Shown in pieces: positions 5,829-11,546 of a stretch of 11,546 bases of DNA. Origin of the DNA: Candidatus Krumholzibacteriia bacterium (GTDB lineage: Bacteria > Krumholzibacteriota > Krumholzibacteriia > WVZY01); contig JAZGDW010000097.1 in NCBI GenBank assembly GCA_036478295.1, forward strand, positions 1 through 11,546. The letters are read 5' to 3'. How positions within the stretch are numbered: the first letter of the stretch is position 1; each line of letters starts with the position of its first letter. The translations under genes were made by a program, and so were the position numbers. The notes under the pieces were generated by a model. It worked only from the letters and a program-made list of their open reading frames with translations. It searched no databases and had not been told where the DNA came from.

Positions 5829-6824
5829 CTAACTGTAGCGCAGAAGCACCGAGCCCCAGGTGAGTCCCCCGCCGAAGGTAACCAACAGCACGATGTTACC
5901 CTTTTTCAATCGGCCGTCTCTCACCACTTCGTCGAGCGCGATGGGGATTGAAGCGGACGAAGTGTTGCCGAACCGGTCGAGATTCACGACGACCTTTTCC
6001 TCCGGAATGCCGAGGCGCTTGTACACCGAGTCGATAATGCGAACGTTGGCCTGGTGAGGAATCATGAGATCCACTTCATCGACCGACAGCTTCGCCTGCG
6101 CGAGGACGTACCTCGATGTCTCTTCCATCGCACGGACGGCGTACTTGAAGACACCGTCGCCCTTCATGCGGAGGTAATGTTGCCCTTTCGCCACACTCTC
6201 GGCCGAGGCGGGTGTTCTCGAGCCTCCGGCCACGATGTAGAGCAAATCCGCCAGCGTCCCGTCGCTCTTCATGTGCGTTCCCAGGATGCCGCCACCCGGC
6301 TCACACGGCTCCAATACGACAGCGCCAGCCCCGTCGCCGAAGAGCACGCAGGTCGAGCGCTCTTGCCAATCGACGAACTTGCTGAGGATCTCGACGCCGA
6401 CCACCAGTACCTTGTTCAGCTGCCCCGAGGCGATAAGGCCGTGGGCCGTGTTCACCGCGTAAATGAATCCACTGCACGCCGCCGACAGGTCGAACCCCAC
6501 CGCCTTGCTTGCGCCCAGCCGGTCTTGCAGGATACACGCGGTGGCCGGGAACGGCTGGTCTCCAGAAATCGTACCGACGATGATGCCGTCTATATCACCG
6601 GGATCGATCCCCGCGGTATCGAGCGCATTTCGCGATGCCTCGAGCGCGATATCCGACGCGGCCTGATCGGGACGGGCAATGCGGCGTTCGCGGATGCCGC
6701 TTCGTGTGACGATCCACTCATCAGTGGTATCGACCATGCGCTCGAGATCTTGATTGCTGAGTACGTCGTCCGGGCAACAATGTCCCGTGCCGGTGATCCT
6801 GGAGCTTCTAATGGACTTTTGCAA
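5829..6824 (-). CDS. fabH: 3-oxoacyl-ACP synthase III (KAS III)
   Basis: DTTDEWIVTRSGIRERR, Cys-His-Asn triad (SAACSGF, IPHQAN, GNTSSAS), LFGDGAGA and FGGGLTWG. The TTG start overlaps the plsX 3' end by 17 nt and is somewhat uncertain. Confidence 0.96.
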   Translation of the reverse strand: MQKSIRSSRITGTGHCCPDDVLSNQDLERMVDTTDEWIVTRSGIRERRIARPDQAASDIALEASRNALDTAGIDPGDIDGIIVGTISGDQPFPATACILQDRLGASKAVGFDLSAACSGFIYAVNTAHGLIASGQLNKVLVVGVEILSKFVDWQERSTCVLFGDGAGAVVLEPCEPGGGILGTHMKSDGTLADLLYIVAGGSRTPASAESVAKGQHYLRMKGDGVFKYAVRAMEETSRYVLAQAKLSVDEVDLMIPHQANVRIIDSVYKRLGIPEEKVVVNLDRFGNTSSASIPIALDEVVRDGRLKKGNIVLLVTFGGGLTWGSVLLRYS

Positions 6825-7830
6825 GGCCGCTCACGTGTCCTCTGAATCGCTCTTCGATATGGTCGTTGATTTCGTATGTGACGAAACGCTGTGCCATAAG
6901 GATGGCGTTCTTGATCGCCTTGACCGAGCTGCTGCCGTGTCCGATGATGACGACGCCATTGATACCCAACAGCGGCGCTCCTCCGTATTCCGCGTAATCG
7001 AGTCTCGTCCGGATCGCCAAAAACGCCTGCTTCAAGAGCAGGGCGGCCAGAACAGCGACCTTGCGTTTTCTCACCTCTTCTCGGAATACGTGGCTAATAA
7101 ACGACATTATACTCTCGCTGAACTTGAGCACGATGTTCCCGACGAAACCGTCGCAGACCACAACGTCCACCGTGTTGGCGAAGACGTCCTTGCCCTCGAC
7201 ATTGCCGACGAAATTCAGATCGCTCGCCTGGAGCAGCCCATAGGCGTCACGAACCACGTCGGTGCCCTTGCTGCTCTCTTCCCCGATGTTGAGCAGCCCG
7301 ATCCTTGGTTTCTTGACATCCAGCTGGTACTCGGAGAAAACGGAGCCCATGACCCCGAATTGCAGGAGATTCTTCGGCGTACATGATGAATTGGCCCCGA
7401 TGTCGAGCACGACGGTCCAACGCCTGGACGTCGTCGGGAAGAACGTCGCGATCGCCGGTCGCGATACACCGTGGAGGCGACCCAGCGTGACCAGCGATCC
7501 GGCGACCACCGCGCCGGTGTTGCCGGTACTGACCAGCGCATCCGCTTCACCGGCCTTGTGCATTCTCATGGCGACGGCGATGGAGGAGTCTTTTTTCTTG
7601 CGGATAGCGCTGGCAGGGGGTTCGGACATCTCGACGGTTTCGGACGCGTGCACGACTTTGATATTCGAAGGACGTGACCTGGATTGACCCAGGGCAGACT
7701 CCACGCGCCGGCGATCGCCGACGAGAATTATCTCCAGGTTCTTGCGGTCGGTTTTTGCAGCCTCTATCGCACCCTTGGCGATAACTTCAGGCCCCTTATC
7801 ACCGCCCATGGCGTCGACAGCGATCCTCAC
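6808..7830 (-). CDS. plsX: Phosphate acyltransferase PlsX
   Basis: RIAVDAMGGD, KKDSS, VSTGNTGA, RPAIAT, LDIGAN, LLNIGEESSKG, DGFVGN and EYGGAPLLG. GTG start at 7830 with SD GAGGGGTGA, not the ORF-track start at 7902. Confidence 0.96.
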   Translation of the reverse strand: MRIAVDAMGGDKGPEVIAKGAIEAAKTDRKNLEIILVGDRRRVESALGQSRSRPSNIKVVHASETVEMSEPPASAIRKKKDSSIAVAMRMHKAGEADALVSTGNTGAVVAGSLVTLGRLHGVSRPAIATFFPTTSRRWTVVLDIGANSSCTPKNLLQFGVMGSVFSEYQLDVKKPRIGLLNIGEESSKGTDVVRDAYGLLQASDLNFVGNVEGKDVFANTVDVVVCDGFVGNIVLKFSESIMSFISHVFREEVRKRKVAVLAALLLKQAFLAIRTRLDYAEYGGAPLLGINGVVIIGHGSSSVKAIKNAILMAQRFVTYEINDHIEERFRGHVSGLAKVH

Positions 7831-7843
7831 GCAGTCACCCCTC

Positions 7844-8029
7844 TTAGAGTGCGTCTTCGACTTTGAGGACCTCGCGTCCCCCGTAATGACCACAGTTAGC
7901 ACATACTCTATGGGGTTCTTTGTGCTGGTGGCAACGAGAACACCTGGTCAGATTCGGCGCGCTCAGTTTCCAGTGGGTTCTGCGCTTGTTTTTACGGGCC
8001 TTCGAAGTTTTTCTCTTTGGTACTGCCAT
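7844..8029 (-). CDS. rpmF: 50S ribosomal protein L32 (zinc-ribbon, C+ form)
   Basis: [17 protein letters not shown]...CSRC...[18 protein letters not shown] upstream. Canonical position between yceD and plsX. Confidence 0.97.
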   Translation of the reverse strand: MAVPKRKTSKARKNKRRTHWKLSAPNLTRCSRCHQHKEPHRVCANCGHYGGREVLKVEDAL

Positions 8030-8044
8030 AACGGTCTCCCCTGA

Positions 8045-8563
8045 CTACGATGAATCCTGCAGATCCTTGAGTTTGCGGAGCGCTTCCCAGCGCGGGTCGG
8101 CGGTCCCGTTGCATGTGCAACTTTCGCAGTTGAGGTTGCTGCCGCACCCCGCACACAGACCCCGGCAGTCGGCGCTGCAGTGGATTTGTATGGGTATGTT
8201 TACGATCAAATTTTCGTATATGTAAGGATCCAGCGACAGCTTGGCCTGCCCCGCCGGGATCCGGATAAAATCTCCCTCGTCGGCGGGCCCTTCGGGCTCG
8301 CCCCTGCCTACGACTCGCTGAACGACCAGCTTGAAGGATGGACGGAACTCAAAACGGGTAGAGTCCAGGCACTTGTGGCATGTGGTCGAATACGTACCCT
8401 TCAAGTTCGTATCGATGTAATACGTCTCTCCGACCCTGCGAACACTGACATCAATGTGACAGTCGATGGGATTCTCATCGCCGGAGACGTCGTGAAACCC
8501 CACTACCTCATCGCCCTCGATCCGCTCCGTTCCAGACGATAACCTGTCGAGGTCGAGGATCAT
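8045..8563 (-). CDS. yceD: YceD/DUF177 family protein (23S rRNA accumulation)
   Basis: CHKCL motif and C-terminal CSADCRGLCAGCGSNLN...C.C...DPRWEALRKL. It lies immediately upstream of rpmF. ATG at 8563 with AGGAG 7 nt upstream. Confidence 0.92.
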   Translation of the reverse strand: MILDLDRLSSGTERIEGDEVVGFHDVSGDENPIDCHIDVSVRRVGETYYIDTNLKGTYSTTCHKCLDSTRFEFRPSFKLVVQRVVGRGEPEGPADEGDFIRIPAGQAKLSLDPYIYENLIVNIPIQIHCSADCRGLCAGCGSNLNCESCTCNGTADPRWEALRKLKDLQDSS

Positions 8564-8610
8564 TGCGCCGCTCCTGCTCAATATTGGTACCTGGAGACGC
8601 TGTCGAACCG

Positions 8611-8639
8611 AATTTAGGAGTGCTCGAACACGATTGCAA
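8611..8639 (-). promoter_or_regulatory. Possible sigma70 promoter for yceD-rpmF-plsX-fab within the ndk 3' end
   Basis: Minus strand TTGCAA (8639-8634), 17 nt, TAAATT (8616-8611). Each hexamer is a 4/6 match to consensus. Weak evidence. Confidence 0.3.
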
Positions 8640-9015
8640 GCTCTTTTTTCGCTGACGCGGGAGAGTCGGAAGCGTGAACGGCGTTGTTCTGAATCGATTT
8701 ACCGTACATGTAGCGAACCGTCCCCGGTGCGGCCTCGGCGGGGTCGGTCGGTCCGATGAAGGCTCGAATCCTCTCGATGACACCCTCGCCCTCGACCTCC
8801 ATCGCGACCACCCGGCCGCTCGTCATGTAGTCCACCAGAGCCGTGTAGAACTCGCGATCCTTGTGGACGTCGTAAAACCGACCTGCCGTCTCGCGGTCCA
8901 TCTTCAACATCCGCAACCTGTTTATATTAAATCGATTACGAAGCACAAACGCGATGATTTCGCCGTGGAGTCCCTCCTCCACCAGATCGGGTTTGACCAT
9001 CAACAGTGTCTTCAT
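8614..9015 (-). CDS. ndk: Nucleoside diphosphate kinase
   Basis: TLLMVKPD, FYDVHKDREFY, YMTSG, GPTDPAEAAPGTVR and the phospho-His motif NAVHASDS. This is a short 133-aa form. Confidence 0.96.
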   Translation of the reverse strand: MKTLLMVKPDLVEEGLHGEIIAFVLRNRFNINRLRMLKMDRETAGRFYDVHKDREFYTALVDYMTSGRVVAMEVEGEGVIERIRAFIGPTDPAEAAPGTVRYMYGKSIQNNAVHASDSPASAKKELAIVFEHS

Positions 9016-9050
9016 GGTTTGCCTTTGCTCGATGGCGGCCGGGGCCGCGG

Positions 9051-9938
9051 TCAGTGCGCCAGGCCAGGCGCGGCCTGCTCCATCAACTGGGCGATTTCCG
9101 ACGGGATGCGGGCCACCGGAACCCCCGCTTTTTCGAACGCCTCCGTCTTTTCCTTCGCCGTGCCGGCGGCGCCGGACACGATGGCCCCCGCGTGGCCCAT
9201 ACGTTTTCCCTCGGGGGCGGTTTGCCCTGCGATAAATGCCACCACCGGTTTGCTCATGTGTCCGGAAATGAACTCCGCTGCCTCCTGCTCGTCGGTCCCT
9301 CCGATCTCACCGATGAGCGCCACGGCACGAGTCTCCGCATCCCGCTCGAAGCGCTCCAGCGTATCGATGAAGTTGGTGCCGATGAGCGGGTCCCCCCCGA
9401 TGCCGATGCAGGTCGACTGCCCGAATCCTTTGCGGGTCAGTTGAAAAACAACTTCGTAGGTAAGAGTGCCACTCCGCGACACCACACCGACGCCGCCGGC
9501 CGTGAAAATACTCGCCGGCAGGATCCCTACCTTGACCTTCTCACCGGGCGCCGTCAGGCCGGGGCAGTTCGGGCCGATGAGACGACAGCTGCGCTGCGCG
9601 AGGTACGGCAGCGTACGCGCCATGTCGGCCACCGGCACGCCTTCCGTAATACACACGACCAGATCGATACCGGCGTTCGCCGCCTCGCACATGGCGTCCG
9701 CGGCGAAGGGCGCTCTGACGTAAATGACCGATGTGTTGGCCTGGGTTTCCGCGACGGCGGCCTTGACGGTATCGAAGATCGGCACCCTTTCCTTAAAAAG
9801 GCCGCCGCCCTTGCCCGGCGTTACGCCCGCCACGACGTTCGTCCCGTACTCCATCATCTGTGCGCTATGAAACGACCCGTCCCTTCCTGTGATTCCCTGA
9901 ACCACGAGCTTCGTGTTCTTGTCGACTAAAATGCTCAC
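9051..9938 (-). CDS. sucD: Succinyl-CoA synthetase alpha subunit
   Basis: [50 protein letters not shown] and phospho-His [11 protein letters not shown] at 9938 with GGAGG 8 nt upstream. Confidence 0.97.
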   Translation of the reverse strand: MSILVDKNTKLVVQGITGRDGSFHSAQMMEYGTNVVAGVTPGKGGGLFKERVPIFDTVKAAVAETQANTSVIYVRAPFAADAMCEAANAGIDLVVCITEGVPVADMARTLPYLAQRSCRLIGPNCPGLTAPGEKVKVGILPASIFTAGGVGVVSRSGTLTYEVVFQLTRKGFGQSTCIGIGGDPLIGTNFIDTLERFERDAETRAVALIGEIGGTDEQEAAEFISGHMSKPVVAFIAGQTAPEGKRMGHAGAIVSGAAGTAKEKTEAFEKAGVPVARIPSEIAQLMEQAAPGLAH

Positions 9939-9954
9939 CGATTCATCCTCCCCT

Positions 9955-11085
9955 CTAGCTCGCCAGCTCGATTGCCTTCTTGACGCCTTCATCCATGGTG
10001 GACGCGGCGGTCAGGCTTATTGCTCCCAGAATTTCCTTGGCCTCGGCCTCGTTGGTGCCCGTCAGCCGCACCACCACCGGCAGCGTGAGGTCCATCTGCT
10101 TGAACGCGGTGACCAGTCCCCTGGCGACGTCGTCGCAGCGCGTGATGCCGCCGAAGATGTTAATAAAGATGGATTTCACGCTGGGGTCGCCGAGAATAAT
10201 GTTCAGAGCCGTCACGACTTTCTCCGGGCTGGAGCTGCCGCCGATGTCGAGAAAGTTCGCCGGCTCACCCCCGCAGGTCTTGACGAGGTCCATAGTGGCC
10301 ATCGCCAGCCCCGCACCGTTGACGATACAACCCACGTTTCCCTTGAGTCTGACGAAAGAGAGACCCATATTGCGCGCCTCGATTTCGCCCGCGTCTTCCG
10401 CAGAGAGGTCGCGCATCTCTTCTATGTCGCGCTGCCGGTAGAGCGCACTGTCGTCCACGTTGACCTTCGCGTCGATAGCGACCACCTCGCCCGCTGGTGT
10501 GACGACCAGCGGATTGACTTCCGCAAGACTGGCGTCGCAGCGCACGAACGCCCGGTACAACTTCTCTATAATAGACGCGATCTGTTTCGCGACCGCGAAA
10601 TCGGCGTGCAGCGTCTGCGCAAGCGAGCGGCTCTGAAAAGGCAGCACCCCATAGAGCGGGTCGACCAATAGCCGGTGAATCGCTTCCGGGTTGTCGCGGG
10701 CGACCTGCTCGATCTCGACGCCGCCGGCGGCAGATGCCATGATGAGGGGGCGCTGGGCCGAACGGTCCATGATCACGGCGAGATAGATCTCGGTGGCGAT
10801 ATCCACCGCTTCCGTTACGAGCACTTTTTCCACCGTCAGACCCTTGATATCCATTCCAAGGATCGCCTCTGCGTGCTGCCTGGCTTCGGCCGCGTCCTTT
10901 GCGAGTTTGACCCCGCCGGCCTTGCCGCGCCCGCCGACCAGCACCTGCGATTTGATCACTACGGGGACGCCGTATTCACGCGCGACCTCGTACGCCCGCT
11001 CCGCGGTGTCGACGACCTCGCCCCTCGGAACGGGGATACCTTCCCTGCGAAAAAGTTCCTTCGCCTGGTATTCATGTATTTTCAT
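9955..11085 (-). CDS. sucC: Succinyl-CoA synthetase beta subunit
   Basis: [67 protein letters not shown] and [10 protein letters not shown]. Confidence 0.97.
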   Translation of the reverse strand: MKIHEYQAKELFRREGIPVPRGEVVDTAERAYEVAREYGVPVVIKSQVLVGGRGKAGGVKLAKDAAEARQHAEAILGMDIKGLTVEKVLVTEAVDIATEIYLAVIMDRSAQRPLIMASAAGGVEIEQVARDNPEAIHRLLVDPLYGVLPFQSRSLAQTLHADFAVAKQIASIIEKLYRAFVRCDASLAEVNPLVVTPAGEVVAIDAKVNVDDSALYRQRDIEEMRDLSAEDAGEIEARNMGLSFVRLKGNVGCIVNGAGLAMATMDLVKTCGGEPANFLDIGGSSSPEKVVTALNIILGDPSVKSIFINIFGGITRCDDVARGLVTAFKQMDLTLPVVVRLTGTNEAEAKEILGAISLTAASTMDEGVKKAIELAS

Positions 11086-11121
11086 GCCTTGTCCCTTCTT
11101 CCCGGTCCGGCGAGCCCGGAC

Positions 11122-11544
11122 TCATTTCACCGTGACCCTGATGTGCTTGTCCAGCAGGGCTGCCAGTTTCGGCTCGCCCTGTTCCTCGAGGTGATATCCC
11201 ACGCGCAGATACGGCGTGTCGAACCCGGCGACCCGCCCCAGGTCAATCGGCGTGCCGACGAGGACCAGGTCCGCACCCGACGCGTCGATGGTCTCCCTGA
11301 GATCCGAGATCTGACCGTCCCCGTATCCCATGGCCGGCAGGAGCTCGCCGATAGCCGGGTACTTTTCGAAGGTCGCTTTGATGGTTCCAACGGCGAACGG
11401 CCGCGGGTCGATGATTTCCGCCGCGCCGTTCTCGCGCGCGGCCACCACCGCGGCGCCGTACTTCATCTCACCGTGAGTGAGCGTGGGCCCGTCCTCAACG
11501 CAGAGAACGCGCTTGCCCTTGATCTGCCCGGCGTCTCCCTCCAC
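11122..11544 (-). CDS. C-terminal part of a COG2403 'predicted GTPase / cyclic 2,3-diphosphoglycerate synthetase-like' protein (possibly ArcE-type arginine synthetase); 5'-truncated by window edge
   Basis: Motifs GKRVLCVEDGPTLTHGEM, AAEIIDPRPFAVG, LLPAMGYG..Q..DL.ETI and GTPIDL are recognised from memory as typical of this family. The frame is open to the window end. Confidence 0.75.
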   Translation of the reverse strand: MEGDAGQIKGKRVLCVEDGPTLTHGEMKYGAAVVAARENGAAEIIDPRPFAVGTIKATFEKYPAIGELLPAMGYGDGQISDLRETIDASGADLVLVGTPIDLGRVAGFDTPYLRVGYHLEEQGEPKLAALLDKHIRVTVK

Positions 11545-11546
11545 GG

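Noticed and set aside
11105..11121. Hairpin gtccgg-N5-ccggac between the COG2403 gene and sucC
   Set aside because: It is a short GC stem with no U-tract on the minus strand, which is likely by chance in GC-rich DNA.
1302..11194. Long plus-strand ORFs (e.g. 3979-4869, 6054-6845, 8674-9444, 9006-9929, 9913-10671)
   Set aside because: These are antisense shadows of well-conserved minus-strand genes, expected in high-GC DNA. They carry no recognisable motifs.

Overview
GC-rich bacterial chromosomal window. It is probably from a diderm FCB-superphylum-type lineage, inferred from gene order only. About 10.4 kb is one minus-strand housekeeping run: partial COG2403 cDPGS/ArcE-like ATPase, sucC, sucD, ndk, yceD, rpmF, plsX, fabH, fabD, fabG, acpP, fabF, rnc and a Cys-rich 163-aa protein of unknown function. 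This run converges on the 3' part of a plus-strand FadL/OmpP1-like outer-membrane beta-barrel gene. The unusual part is the ~400-bp convergent intergenic region (756-1151), which holds two elements. The first is four head-to-tail 19-bp units, each carrying the palindrome TGACAG-YATR-CTGTCA (801-876). The second is a 224-nt rod-like hairpin (920-1143) in which one ~32+33-nt purine-rich module occurs twice, nested one inside the other. Nearly all differences between the two copies are compensatory or structure-preserving, and the element is flanked by a 10-bp direct repeat. There is also an intrinsic terminator overlapping the fabD stop codon, followed immediately by a candidate sigma70 promoter for fabG-acpP-fabF-rnc.
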